Positions 34,996 to 49,000 of a DNA stretch of 64,000 nucleotides are shown here, piece after piece. The notes beneath the pieces are model-generated. The model did no database searches, had not been told where the DNA came from, and worked only from the letters and a program-made list of their open reading frames with translations. Source of the stretch: Squalus acanthias (lineage: Eukaryota); the NCBI GenBank assembly GCA_030390025.1, contig CM059432.1, forward strand, positions 105,092,001 to 105,156,000, in the 5' to 3' direction. How positions within the stretch are numbered: the first letter of the stretch is position 1; each line of letters starts with the position of its first letter. A program made the position numbers and the translations under genes.

Positions 34996-37904
34996 AATGC
35001 TGAGGTGCCACCCTGGGGGAGTGGCAGTGGGCCAGTGGAGCACAAACCTGCTGTCATGTCTCAGGATGACAGCATTCCTGTTGCTACCACCGCCACTTTG
35101 GCATTGCCCATGCCGCTTTCTGTCAGCCAGCCAGCCCAGACTGCTGCCGCCCATGCTGAGGTGCAGTCTGCAGCCGGGCCTTCTAGGGCCATAGCTGCAC
35201 GAGGTGGTCCTACAAGGCCATCTGAAGTCTCCCCCATGAAAACACAGCGTCCTTCCACAAGCCATGCTTCAGCCACTGGAGGAGCACTTCGTAGGAGCAC
35301 TGGAATAGGAAAAGGCACACAAATGATAGGCACTAAGCGATTGCACAAGTGTGATTAGTTCATCATTTTGCTGTAAATATGTGTGGTCATTTTTGATAAA
35401 TTTATTAATTTTGTTTTTAATCTTTTGTGCCCAGGGGGACGCTGTGATGTTCCGTGACAGAGGGATGGTATGATGGGGATGTGGTGAGCAACGGGGATCT
35501 GGGGTTTCATTCATTGGAATCCGAGTCTGATGAGGCGTTCACAGACAGGCCCATCTGGAAGGGGGATTGACTACCTGCCTCCTCCTTTCCTCCTCCTCCT
35601 CCTCCTCTTGCTCCTCGTCCTCTTCCTCCTCCACTCCCTCGTCCTCCTTCTGAGGTGGTCCCGCAATCCCTGGTGACAAGGGTTGCGCCCTCATGATGGC
35701 CAAGTTGTGAAGCATGCAGTAGACCACCACGAAATGGGACAGCCATTCCAGCATGTACTGGAGGACTCCACCCGAGCGGACAAGGCAGTGGACCCATTGC
35801 TTCAGCAGCCTGATGGTCTGCTCAATGATGTTCCTAGTGGAAGCATGGCTCTCATTATATGAGTGCTGGCCACGAGTGGTAGGATTGCAAAAGGCAGTCA
35901 TGAGCCAGGTGGGGAGCAGATAGCCCTTGTCTCCGAGCAGCCACCCTCGAGTTTGCTGTGGTGGCTGGAAGATTGCTGACACAAGATGATGGCATCATGG
36001 CTGCTGCCAGGATAGCGGGCGTTGACCATCAGGAATCTCTGGGCGTGGTCGCACACCCACTGCACATTAAGTCACGTGTGTGCGGTTGATGGCGCCCTGC
36101 ACCATGGGGAAGCCCACTATCCTGGCAAGCCACATGCGCGCTCGTCCTGCTTCTCTCTGCTTAGAGAGAAGACAACGTAATCCCTTCTCCTGGTGTAGAG
36201 AGCCTCAGTGACATCCCGGATGCAGCGATGGATGGCGAACTGGGAGATGTTAGCTATGTCTCCTGCTGCAGACTGGAAGGATCCGCTGGCGAAGAAATTG
36301 AGGGCCACAGTGACCTTGACTACCACTGGGAGAGCCGTGGTCGCCCTGCTCTCAGGCTGCAGGTCTGGTTGCACGAGGTGGCAGAGTTCTGTGACCACCT
36401 CCTTGGTGAAGCATAGCCTCCTAATACACTGCTCCTCACTTAAATGGATATAAGAGAAGTGCTCTCGGAAGACCTTTGGTGGGTAAGGTCTTCTGTTGAG
36501 AGCCCTCCTGGCCCTAATCCTCCTCCCTCTGTGCACATCTTCTCCTCTTCTTCGCTGCCTACGCTCCCTTTGCCGAAGATCTTCGAGCGCGAGGTGGACT
36601 GCCAGTAGAGCCCCCATGACTGTGGGCAAGTGTTGTGAGCAGAAGCCTTGATATAATAATGAAGGCATTCTGCGCTTGCAACAATACTGCCTGTTTCCTT
36701 AGAACCTTGAATGAAGTTAATAAATCTGGTGGAGTTGCAGAAAGTTGCACAGAGCCAGTCAAACTGCAGAAGCATGTCAGGTCAGATTGCTGATGATCCC
36801 TTTAAATACCACTGCTGGAGCCTCCTTCCTGTTTTTCAATGCTTGCTCAGCTCATCGTACTTAAGGCATGCCGGTAAGTGGAACGGTGAAATCCAAAATC
36901 ACAGATTGGCATCAAGTGAGAGTTGCACACTCCCTGATGTCACAATCTGCTTCAATTCAATGATTTTCGTGATCGCTGCTATCAGCAACCCTGCCGCCCA
37001 CCCCAAAATGGTGGCCACTGCAGGACCTGCCGCCTACTGGCGGAAGAGCGGCAACTGCCATTTTTTCGTCAGTTTATGGCATCAACAGGTGGCGATAAAC
37101 CACCCAATTCCTAGGCCATAATCTATTTGGTTCGAATTAAGGAACAATAGAGGAGCTATTACACTACTGGGTGTATGCTATAGGCCACCAAATAATGGGA
37201 AGGAGATAGTGAAACAAATATGCAGACAAATTACAGAAAGATGCAAGAACTACAGAGTAGTGTCTTCAATTTTTTTTAATTCATTCACGGGATGTGGGCG
37301 TCGCTGGCAAGGCCAGCATTTATTGCCCATCCCTAATTGCCCTTGAGAAGATGGTGGCGAGCTATCCAAACTATCCAAATATATACTGGAATAGTAATAG
37401 TATTAAGGGCAAAGAGGAGGAGTAATTCCTGAAATGTGTACAAGAGAACTTTCTTGATCAGTGTGTTTCCAGCCCAACAAGGAAGGAAGCAGTGCTGGAT
37501 CTAGTTCTGGGGAATGAAGTGTGGCAAGTGGAGCATGATTTAGTGGGAGTGCATTTGCGGAACAGTGATCATAATATCATCAGGTTTAGAATAGTTATGG
37601 AAAAGGACGAGGTACAATCAAATGTAAAAATACTTAACTGGAGGAGGACTAACTTCAGTGAGTTGAAAAGGTATCTGGCCCAATACAAAGGCAAAATACT
37701 GCGGATGCTGGAAATCTGAAATAGAAACAGAAAATGCTGGAAACGGCCCAGTTGGATTGGAATCAAAAATTGGTAGGCAAAACAGTATTTGAACAATGGG
37801 AGGCCTTCAAAGAGGAGATGGGTTGTGTACAGAGTAGACACATTCCCATGAGGGGGAAAGGAAGGGCATCCAAAGCTAGAGCTCCCTGGATGACTAAAGA
37901 TGTC

Positions 37905-37975
37905 GGGGGAAAGATTTGGTATCGACCATTTTGGGGCGCTAACATCGCCTGGGTACTAACTTTAGCGCCTGGCAC
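37905..37975. mobile_element. Single end of a family-B MITE
   Basis: GGGGGAAAGATTTGGTATCGACCATTTTGGGGCGCTAACATCGCCTGGG matches the reverse complement of 61500-61568. Confidence 0.8.
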
Positions 37976-38701
37976 TTGTGGAGGCAGAGGGCATGGCTGA
38001 GGTACTAAATGAGTACTTTGCATCACTAGAGAAGAGGATGCTGCCAATACAGCAGTAAAGGAGGAGGCAGTCATGATATTGGATAGGATAAAAATAGATA
38101 AAGAGGAAGTACTTTAAAGGTTGGCAGTCCTCAAAGTAGAAAAGTCACCCGGTCCGGATGGGATGCATCCTAAGTTACTGAGGGAATTCTGGGTGGGAAT
38201 CGCAGAGGCGCTGCCCACAATTTTCCAATCCTCCTTGGATATGGGAGTGGTGCCAGAGGATTGCAAATGTTACACCCTTGTTTAAAAAATGGGAGCAGGA
38301 TAAACCCGGAAACTACAGGCCAGTCAGCCTAACGTCGGTTGTGGGGAAACTTTTAGAGACAATAATCCAGGACAAATTTAATTGGCGTTTAGAAAAGTAT
38401 GGGCTAATAAATTTGTTAAAGTAATAAAGTAACGGAGAGAGTTGATGAGAGTAATGCAGTTGATGTTGTTGATGTGTATACGGACTTTCAAAAGGTATTT
38501 GACAAAGTACCACATAATAGACTTGTTAGAAAATTAAAGGCCACGGGACTAAAGGGACAGTGGCAGCATGGATACAAAATTAGCGAAGGGACAGAAAGCA
38601 GAGAGTAGTGGTGAATGGTTGTTTTTTAGACTGGAGGGAAGTATACAGTGGTGTTCCCCAGGGGTCGGTATTAGGACCACTGCTCTTTAAAATACATATT
38701 A

Positions 38702-39065
38702 CAGGAAATTCTTTATTAACCGGCACCCAAATATCCAGAAATCTCTCTTAACCGGCAAAATTCTTGAGTAGGTAACCGGGGTTTTCCTTCATCTTTCGTT
38801 TAAAATTAACTTTAAAAAACACCCCGAGGCGTTTGCCTTGTATCGGAGCGTGTAGATCGGGAGGGGAATGTGCAGCCCGGGTAGGCAGCGGACACGACAG
38901 ATGGTCAGCTGGCGGTCCCTGGGGAGACGGAGCTCTGAATGCAGGCGCATGTCAATGTGTACGGGGCTCTCGTACGTCGGGAGATATAACTCTCCGTTAT
39001 CCGGACTTTTTGATTAACCGGCATCACGCCGGTCCCGTCGGTGCCGGTTAATAAAGAGTTTCCTG
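38702..39065. mobile_element. Tc1/mariner-pogo (Tigger-like) MITE
   Basis: ~26-bp TIR CAGGAAATTCTTTATTAACCGGCACC / GGTGCCGGTTAATAAAGAGTTTCCTG with TA TSD. Interrupts the host YINDLD motif. Confidence 0.9.
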
Positions 39066-42000
39066 TAATGACCTGGACTTGGTTATACAGGGTATAATAT
39101 CCAAGTTTACAGATGATAGGAAACTCACAAATGTAGTAAACAATGAGGAGAATAGTAACGGACTTAAGGAGGACATAGACAGACTGGTGAAATGGCCAGA
39201 CACATGGCAGATGAAATTTAACGCAGAGAAGTGTGAAGTGATACATTTTGGTAGGAAGAATAAGGAGAGGCAATATGAACTAAAGGGTACAATTTTAAAG
39301 GGGGTGCAAGAACAGAGATACCTGGGGGTGTATGTACACAAATCTTTGAAGGTGGCAGGACAAGTTGAGAAGGCTGTTAAAAAGGCCATATGGGATCCTT
39401 GGCTTTAGTAATAGAGGAAGATTGTACAAAAGCAAGGCAATTATGCTAAACCTTTAAAAAAAAACACTAGTTAGGCCCCAGCTGGAGTATTATGTTCAAT
39501 TCTGGGCACCACACTTTATTAAGGATATCAAGGTCTTGGAGAAAGTGGAAAAGAGATTAACTAGAATGGTACCAGGGATGAGGGACTTCAGTTACGTGGA
39601 GAGACTGGAGAAGATGGGGTTGTTCTCCTTAGAGCAGAGAAGGTTAAGACACTGTCTAGAGGGTCACCTCAGCTCAGGTCCTTTGTCTGCTGAACCTGAC
39701 AGGGATGTGGATCTCAAACACCGCAGCTTTTAACAAAAGGATATTGATTGAGGTGTTCAAAAACTTGAAGGGCTTTGATAGAGTAAATAAGGAGAAACTA
39801 TTTCCACTGCCAGAAGGGTCGGTAACCAAAGGACACAGATTTAAAGTGTTTGGCAAAAGAACCAGAGGAATTTTTTTTACAACAACAACAACAACAACAA
39901 CAACAACTTGCATTTTATAGCACCGTAAACAGAGTAAAATATCCCAAGGCGCTTAACAGGAGTGTTAGAAAACAAAATTTGAGACTGAGCCACATAAAGA
40001 GATATTAGGGCAGATGGCCAAAAGCTTGGTCAAAGAGTGTCTTAAAGGAGCAAAGAGAGGTAGAGAGGCGGAGAGGTTTAGGCAGGGAATTCCAGAGCTT
40101 AGGACCTCAGCAACAGAAGGCACGGCCACCAATGGTTGAGCGATTATAATCAGGGATGTTCAAGAGGCCAGAATTAGAGGAGCACAGATATCTCGGGGAG
40201 TTGTGGGGCTGGAGGCGATTACAGAGATGCGGAGGGGCGAGGCCATGGAGGGATTTGAAAACAAGGATGAGAATTTTAAAATTGTGGCGTTGCTTAACCT
40301 GGAGCGAGCACAGAGTTGATGGGTGAACGGGACTTGGTGAGAGTTAGGACACAGGCAGCAGAGTTTTGGATGACCTCAAGTCTACGGAAAGTAGAACATG
40401 GGAGACCGGCCAGCAGTGCAGTGGAATAGTCAAGTCCAGAGGTAACAAAGGCATGGATGAGGGTTTCAGCAGCGGATGAGCTGAGGAAGGGGCAGAGTCA
40501 GGCGAGGTTCCGGAGGTGGAAATAGGCAGTCTAACTGATGGCGCGGATATGTGGTCGGAAGCTCATTTCGGGGTCAAATATGATACCAAGGTTGTGAACA
40601 GTCTGGTTCAGCCTCAGACAGTTGCCAGGGAGAGGGATGGAGTTTGTGGCTAGGAAACGAATTTTGTGGCGGGGACCTTGCCAATATTTAGTTGGAGGAA
40701 ATTTCTGCTCATCCAGAACTGGATGTTGGATAAGCAGTCTGACAATTTAGTGACAGTGGAGGGGTCGAGAGAAGTGGTGGTGAGGTAGAGCTGGGTGTCG
40801 TCAGTGTACATGTGGAAACTGATGCTGTGTTTTCGGATGATGTCGCCGAGGGGCAGCATGCAGATGAGAAATAGGAGGGGGCCAAGGATAGATCCTTGGG
40901 GGACACCAGAGGTAATGGTGCGGGAGCAGGACGAGAAGCCATTGCAGGTGATTCTCTGGCTACAATTAGATAGATAAGAATGGAACCAGGCGAGTGCAGT
41001 CCCACCCAGCTGGACGACGGTGGAGGAGGATGGTGTGGTCAACCATGCCAAAGGCTGCAGATGGGTTGAGGAGGACGAGGAGGGATAGTTTACCTTTGTC
41101 ACAGTCAGATAGGATGTCATTTGTGACTTTGATAAGAGCCGTTTTGGTACTGTGGCAGAGGTGGAAACCTGATTGGAGGGATTCAAACATGGAGTTCCAG
41201 GAAAGATGGGCATGAATTTGAGAGGCGACAACACATTCAAGGAGTTTGGATTGGAAAGGTGGTAGTTTGCAAGGACGGAGGGGGTCAAGGGTTGCTTTTT
41301 GGGGAGAGGGGTGATGACAGCAGATTTGAAGCAGAGGGGTACAGTACCTGAGGAGAGAGAACCGTTAAAAATATCAACTAACATGGGAGCCAGGATGGGA
41401 AGTTGGGTGGTCAGCAGTTTCATGTGAATAGGGTCGAGGGAGCAGGAAGTGAATATCATGGACAACTTGAGCGCGGAGAGGGCATGAGAGGAGATCGGAG
41501 CGAAACTGGTGAAAGATACGAGTTCAGGCTAGGGCAGGGGGGAACCATAGAGGAAATTTGGCCTGGTGGGCTAGGGAAAGGGAGGGAAGTGGCAGAGGCA
41601 GCTGATCGGATGGTCTCAATGTTAGTGACAAAGAAGTCCATGAGCTCTTTGCACTTGTTGTTGGAGGTGGAGAGACAGGGGAAAGGGATTTAAAGAAGAC
41701 CGTTTGCAGTAGAGAAAAGAAGCCGGGGATTATCTTAGTATTCCAGGATGATCCTGGAATAGTGAGCAGTTTTTGGCAGACGAGAGCAGGACCCGATAGT
41801 GCTTTATGTGGTCCAGCCAGATCTGGTGGTTAATGGCTGAACCAATTGTCCGCGTATTCGTTCAAGTCTGCGTCCCTTGGACTTAAGGGAGTGAAGATGA
41901 GGACCGTACCAAGGTGAACGGACAGGGTGAGAGAGAGTAATAGTTTTAATAGGGACTAGGGCATGAAGGGTGGAGGTGAGGGCGTGGTTGAGCAGATCGG

Positions 42001-42317
42001 TAGCTGCAGAAATGTCATGGTGAATGGAGGGCGAAAGGCTGGACAGTTGGGAATTTGGAAGTGCAGTCTTAAGGGAATTGGGAGAGAGTTTTTTCCGGGG
42101 CAGACACAGAAGGAAGTAGGGTTGGGAGGGGGAAGGGGCTTGTGGGTGGAACGATACAAGGAAGTGATCAGAGATGGTCTTAACTGTGATTGACACAATG
42201 GTAGTAGCGAGGCCACGTGAGATGGCAATGTCAAGGGGGTGGCTGTGAATATGGGTTGGGGAGTTTACATTGATGGAGGTATTAAGGGAGGATAGGAGGA
42301 TAGTGAACTCAGAGGAG

Positions 42318-44140
42318 AGAACATAAGAACATAAGAAATAGGAGCAGGAATAGGCCACTTGGCCCCTCGAGACTGCTCCGCCATTCAATAAGATCATGGC
42401 TGATCTTGGCCTCAAAGCCACTTCCCTGCCTGCTCCCCATAACCTTTCACTCCCTTATCTTGCAAAAATCTGTCTATCTCCACCTTAAATGTATTTAATG
42501 ACCCAGCCTACACAGAGCTCTGGGTCAGAGAATTCCACAGATTTACGACCTTCTGAGAGAAGAAATTCCTCCCCATCTCAGTTCTAAAAGGGCGACCCTT
42601 TATTCTGAAACTATGCCCCCGAGTTCTAGATTTCCCCACGAGGGGAAACATCCTCTCTGCATCTACCTTGTCGAGCCCCCTCAGTATCTTATATGTTTCA
42701 AGAAGATCACATCTCATTCTTCTAAATTCCAATGAGTATAGGCCCAACCTGTTCAACCTTTCTTCTTAAGTCAACCCCTCATCTCAGGAATCAACCGAGT
42801 GAATCGTATCTGAACTGCCTCCAATGCAAGTATATCTTTCCTTAAATAAGGAGACCAAAACTGTACGCAGTACTCAAGGTGTGGTCTCACCAATACCCTG
42901 TACAGTTCTAGCAGGACTTCCTTGCTTTTATACTCCAACCCCCTTGCAATAAAGGCCAACATTCCATTTGCCTTTTTGATTACTTGCTGTACCTGCATGC
43001 TAACATTTTGTGTTTCATGCACAAGGACCCCCAGGTCCCTCTGAACTGTAGCATTTTGTAATCTCTTTCCATTTAAATAATAATTTGCTTTTTTATTTTT
43101 CCTGCCAAAGTGGATAACCTCGCACTTTCCCACATTATACTCCAACTGCCAAATGTTTGCCCACTCACTTAGCCTGTCTATATCCCTTTGCAGATTCTTT
43201 GAGTCCTCTGCACAACTTGCCTTCCCACCCATCTTTGTATCATCCGCAAACTTGGCTACATTACACTCGGTCCCTTCATCCAAGTCATTAATGTAGATTG
43301 TAAATAGTTTAGGCCCCAGCCCCGATCCCTGTGGCACCCCACTAGTTACCGTTTGCCAACCGGAAAATGACCCATTTATCCCGACTCTCTGCTTTCTGTT
43401 AGTTAGCCAATTCTCTATCCATGCTAATATATTACCCCCAACTCTGTGAGCTCTTATCTTATGCAGTAACCTTTTATGTGGCACCTTATCGAATGCCTTC
43501 TGGAAATCCAAATACACCACATCCACTGGCTCACCCTTATCCACCCTGCTCGTTACATCCTCAAAGAACTCCAGCAAATTTGTTAAACATGATTTCCCTT
43601 TCATAAAACCATGCTGACTCTGCTTGACTGCATTATGATTTTCCAAATGCCCTGCTACTGCTTCCTTAATGAAGGACTCCAGCATTTTCCCAATAACAGA
43701 TGTTAGGCTAACTGGTCTATAGTTTCCTGCTTTCTGTCTCCCTCCTTTCTTAAATAGGGGTGTTACATTTGCAGTTTTCCAACCGCTGGGACCTCTCCAG
43801 AGTCCAGGGAATTTTGGTATATTGCAACCAATGCAGCCACTTCTTTTAAGACCCTGGGATGCAGGCCATCTGGTCCAGGGGACTTGTCGTCTTTTAGTCC
43901 CATTATTTTACCGAGTACTATTTCCTTAGTGATAGTGATTGTCTGTAGTTCCCCCCTCCCTGTGGCCCCTTGATTATCCATTATTGGGATGTTGTTAGTG
44001 TCTTTTACAGTGAAGACAGATACAAAATATTTGTTCAGAGTCTCTGCCATTTCCCTATTCCCCATTATTAATTCCCCATTCTCATCCTCTAAGGGACCAA
44101 CGTTTACTTTAGCTACCCTCTTCCTTTGTATATACCTGTA
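42318..44140 (-). mobile_element. CR1 LINE, 5'-truncated, nested in L2
   Basis: (GAACATAA)n tail; 304-aa RT ORF at 42771-43685. Confidence 0.95.
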
Positions 44141-44295
44141 GAAGGGTCCAGGGCGGCAACCAAAATGCACACATGAATGGACACAGGGAAAACACAAGTT
44201 ATATATGCGTGATTACGTAGCAATTATTTGGATACATATATCCTGGTAGTACCAGAGAATAGATAGGATACAGTAGGAGGGAGTCCAGAGTTAAA

Positions 44296-45293
44296 GGGGG
44301 GAAATTTAACCCAGAAAAATAGGTGGGTTGGGGTTGGGTGGGAAGTTAAAGTGTTAAAAGTCTGAATCCCGACCAGAACCAGACTCTAATCCGCCCACTT
44401 CCAGTTTTAACAGAGGCAGGATGGTAGGCGGGCAGCCAACCCGCTCCCAGGAGGCGGGTGTCCATTTAAATATTAGAATGAAGCTGTTGTGCCTCCGTTT
44501 TAACCTCCATTTTAAATGTAACTGTAGCTGATAGGTTTTGCAGGCCTTGTGAAACTCGCCAGCTAAAGTAAGGTGAGGACTGCTGGATCCAGGAGGTAAT
44601 TGCCTTTACACACCTCTTGGATCCAGTGTCCCTGCCTAACCTACCCCTGTGATTGGAGACCCTCCCATGAGGCCTCCAATCCCCCCCAGGCCTCCGTTCC
44701 CCCTGCCCCCCCCAATGAGGTCTCCACCCTTCGTGCTCCTCCGGACCCCCCCCCCCCCCCGCCCCTGATCCTGTGCTGCTCCTGGGTCTCCGTGCTGCTC
44801 CTGGCCCCCTGATTATCAGCCGCTCCTGGCCCTCCACTGATCACCCCCCAACCCGGCCCCGTCTCCCTCGCTCCTCCGGCCCTCCGATGATCAACCCTTG
44901 GCTACCCTCTGCTCCTCCGGCCCTCCAAACGTTCCCAAGACCCCCCGCTCCTCCAGCCCTCTGATCGTCCCTGACCCCCTCCGGCCCTCCGATCATTCAT
45001 GACGCCCTCCCCGCCCCCGCTCCTCCAGCCCTGCAATTGGTCCTGACCACCCCCCCTGCTCCTCGGGCCCTCCCCTGCTCCTCCAGCCACCCCCCGACCC
45101 ACACGCAATCCCTCCTCCCTCCTCGCTGTGGCCTCTCTGGCTGGCTGCGGATGGGAAACAGAGGTTTCCCATGCAAATCAGGCCCTGCCATTAAATTCGG
45201 CAAGGCCTGCTGGATAGGCCATCTCTTGGGCTTCCTGACCGCTTCCGAGCACCCACCCTGCTTCCAACCCACCTTCTGATTAAAATTCAGGCC
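44296..45293. mobile_element. Harbinger-type MITE with internal C-rich repeats
   Basis: Ends GGGGGGAAATTT / AAATTCAGGCC; AAA TSD. Internal CTCCTCCGGCCCTC and CCGATC repeats. Confidence 0.72.
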
Positions 45294-46096
45294 AAAGTCA
45301 GAGATCCCATGGTGGGACAAAGTTGACGTAGGTAAGGTTTAGTCGGCATGGAGCATCGAGTAACTTGTTCAAGTTCGGAGACAGGTGTAGCGGGTGAGTG
45401 AAATTCGGAAGCTATTTGAAGGGTAGAGTATTGGAGGATGGAGATATTTCCATGAGAATGAAGAATCAGGAGATGTGCAGAATCGGTTGCGGGGCAGAAA
45501 GATGATGGCGAAGTTGGAGGTCATCATAAGATCTGGAAGCGGCGGAGAAATGCACTTCGGCCCAGGAGAGTAAAACACTAGCCAGGAACCAGACTGTAGC
45601 TGAAGCTGAAAAATCAGTAGAACCAGTAGAACCAGTAGGCCAGTCACAGGCTCAGCAGTGAACAGCAGCGGTGGGGGATGGGCTATAAGCTGATCAAAGT
45701 TATTTTAAAATTTAAGCAACAGAGCAGCAGATCAGAGACACAGCAGCTGAGTCTTACGGTGTAATCCAATGTAGTCCAGTGCAGAAGCGTAGTCTTGATG
45801 TCCAGAGAAGCTGCAGAAAGTGGAAGCAAAATTTGAGAAGAGATCCAGGAGCTCAGTGAGAAAAGCAGAGAGCAGGCATGGTCGGGAGATGGGTAGAGGC
45901 AGTTAACCTGTAGTTAGGGCTAAAATGCATCCACTATTAGAGCCTGGGGAACTTAAACAGTGGAAGAGAGAAGGTTGGGAGAGAAAGAGCAATGGGTGGC
46001 AGCAGATTGCCAAGGGTAGAGGTGCACAGTGAGGCGCTCCCATGGAAGCTGCCAGCCAGGCAGCCATCTTGAAAGGCAAAACAAACCACAGCGAGA

Positions 46097-49000
46097 TGTC
46101 CTAGGGGGAGTGTTTGCTCGTGCTCTGGGGGAGGGTTTAAACTAAAATGGCAGGGGGATGGGAACTTGAGCAGGGAGACAGAGGAAAGGGAAACAAGGAT
46201 AAAAGCAAAAGATAGGAAGGAGAAAAACAAAAGTTGCAGTCAGAGAAAACAACGGTTTAAATCAAACATGGCCACAGTAAATACTAATTCTAATAGGTCT
46301 AAGAGCGTTAAAAAAACAAGCCTGAAGGCTTTGTGTCTTAATGCAAGGAGCATTCGGAACAAGGTGGACGAATTAGCTGCGCAAATTGAGGTAAACGAAT
46401 ATGATTTGATTGGGATTACCGAAACATGGCTCCAGGGTGGCCAATGCTGGGAACTTAATATCCAGGGGTACTCAATATTCAGGAAAGATAGGCAAAAAGG
46501 AAAGGGAAGTGGGGTAGCATTGCTGGTTAAAGAGGGGATTAACACAATTGAAAGGAAGGATATTAGCTCTGATGATGTGGAATCTGTATGGGTTGAACTG
46601 AAAAATAACAAGGGGCAGAAAATGTTAGTGGGAGTGATATATAGACCTCCAAACAGTAACGCAGAGGTTGGGGATGGCATTAAAAGGGAAATTAGAGAAG
46701 CGTGCAATAAGGACACAGCAGTCATCATGGGTGACTTTAATCTACATATAGATTGGGCTAACCAAATTAGTAACAATACTATGGAGGAGGAATTCCTGGA
46801 GTGTTTACGGGATGGTTTCCTGGACCAATATGTCGAGGAACCAACCAGAGATCAGGCCATAACTGGGTATTATGCAATGAGAAAGGATTAATTAGCAATC
46901 TTGTTGTGCGAGGCCCCTTGGGTCGGAGCGATCATAATATGATAGAATTCTTCATTAGGATGGAGAGTGAAGTAGTTGACTCAGAGACTAGGGTCCTGAA
47001 TTTAAATAAAGGAAACTACGATGGTATGAGGTGCGAGTTGGGTAGGATTGATTGGGGAATGTCACTCAAAGGGTTGACGGTGGATAGGCAATGGCAAACA
47101 TTCAAAGACCGCATGGACAAACTACAGAATTTGTTCATCCCAGTTTGGCATAAGAATAAAACAAAAAGGGTGACTCAAGCATGGTTAACAAGGGAAATTA
47201 GGGATAGCATAAGATCCAAGGAGAGGGCATATAAATTGGCCAGAAAAAGCAGTAACCCTGTGGATTGGGAGCAGTTTAAGATTCAACAAAGGAGGACAAA
47301 GGGATTAATTAAGAAGGGGAATATAGAATACGAGAGTAAGCTTGCAGGGAACATAAAAACTGACTGTAAAAGCTTTTATAGATATGTGAAGAGAAAAAGA
47401 TTAGTGAAATCAAGCATAGGTCCCTTGCAGTCAGAATCAGGGGAACTTATAATGGGGAACAAAGAAATGTCAGACCAATTAAATACATATTTTGGTTCTG
47501 TCTTCACAAAGGAGGACACAAATAACTTCCCAGAGATGTTGGGGAACATAGGGTCTGATGAAAGGGAGGAACTGAAAGAAATCAGTATTTGTAGGGAAAT
47601 GGTGTTAGGGAAATTGAAGGGATTGAAGGCCGATAAATCCCCAGGGCCTGATAATCTACATCCTAGGGTGCTTAAGGAAGTGGCCCTAGAAATAGTAGAT
47701 GCATTGCTGATCATCTTCCAACATTCGATGGAATCTGGAACAGTACCCATGGATTGGAGGGTAGCTAATGTTACCCCACTATTCAAAAAGGGTGGTAGAG
47801 AGAAAACGGGGAATTACAGACCGGTAAGCCTGACATTGGTAGTGGGGAAAATGCTAGAGTCCATTATAAAAGATGTAATAGCTGAGCACTTGAAAAACAG
47901 TGACAGGATCGGACAAAGTCAACATGGATTTACAAAACGTAAATCATGCTTGACTAATCTATTCGAATTTTTTGAGGATGTAACTGGTAAAATAGATAAG
48001 GGAGAACCAGTGGATGTGGTGTATTTGGACTTCCAAAAGGCTTTTGATAAGGTCCCGCATAAGAGATTAGCGTGTAAAGTTAAGGCACATGGGATTGGGG
48101 GCAAGGTATTGACTTGGATAGAGAACTGGTTGGCAAACAGAAAGCAAAGAGTTGCAATAAACGGGTCTTTTTCCGAGTGGCAGGCAGTGATTAGTGGGGT
48201 ACCGCAGGGATCGGTCCTTGGACCCCAGCTATTCACAATATATATTAATGATCTAGACAAGGGAACTAGATGTAATATCTCCAAGTTTGCAGACGACACA
48301 AAACTGGGTGGGCGTGTGTGCTGCGAGGAGGATGCCGAGAAACTCCAGGATGATTTGGACAGGTTGGGTGATTGGGCAGAAGCGTGGCAGATGCAATATA
48401 ACGTGGATAAATGCGAGGTTATCCACTTTGGTGTCAAAAACAGAAAGGCAGATTATTATCTGAATGGCAATAGATTGGGAGAAGGGGAAGTGCAACGAGA
48501 CCTGGGTGTCCTTGTGCACCAGTCGCTGAAGGTAAGCATGCAGGTGCAGCAGGCGGTTAAGAAGGCAAATGGTATGTTGGCCTTCATAGCGAGAGGGTTT
48601 GAGTACAGGAACAAGGATATCTTGCTGCAGTTGTACAGGGCCTTGGTGAGACCACACCTTGAGTACTGTGTGCAGTTTTGGTCGCCTTATCTGAGGAAGG
48701 ATGTTCTTGCCATGGAAGGAGTTCAGCGAAGATTCACAAGGCTGATACCTGGGATGGCAGGAATGACGTATGAAGAGAGATTGGGTCGATTGGGCTTATA
48801 CTCGCTGGAGTTTAGAAGAATGAGAGGGGATCTCATTGAAACTTATAAAATTCTGACAGGACAGGACAAACTAGATGCAGGAAGGATGTTCCCAATGGTC
48901 GGGGAGTCCAGAACCAGGGGTCACAGTCTAAGGATAAGGGGTAAGCCATTTAGGACAGAAATGAGGAGGGATTTCTTCACCCAGAGAGTGGTGAACCTGT

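Larger units (their letters stand above)
31518..37117 (-). mobile_element. Decayed Harbinger inserted in the CR1 endonuclease domain
   Basis: Myb/SANT remnant RERARRFSDAALEAL at 31829ff (+). Transposase pseudogene ~36620-35500 (-). Ends GCCATGGAATTG / CAATTCCTAGGCC; host CR1 rejoins across it. Left boundary approximate. Confidence 0.85.
39881..46087 (-). mobile_element. L2-clade LINE, decayed, with nested CR1 and MITE
   Basis: (AAC)n tail at 39881. RT motifs QSGF, HSTKTAL, GVPQGSILGP, YTDDTQLY at 40650-41465; HPLDIAISRG upstream. 5' boundary approximate. Confidence 0.85.
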
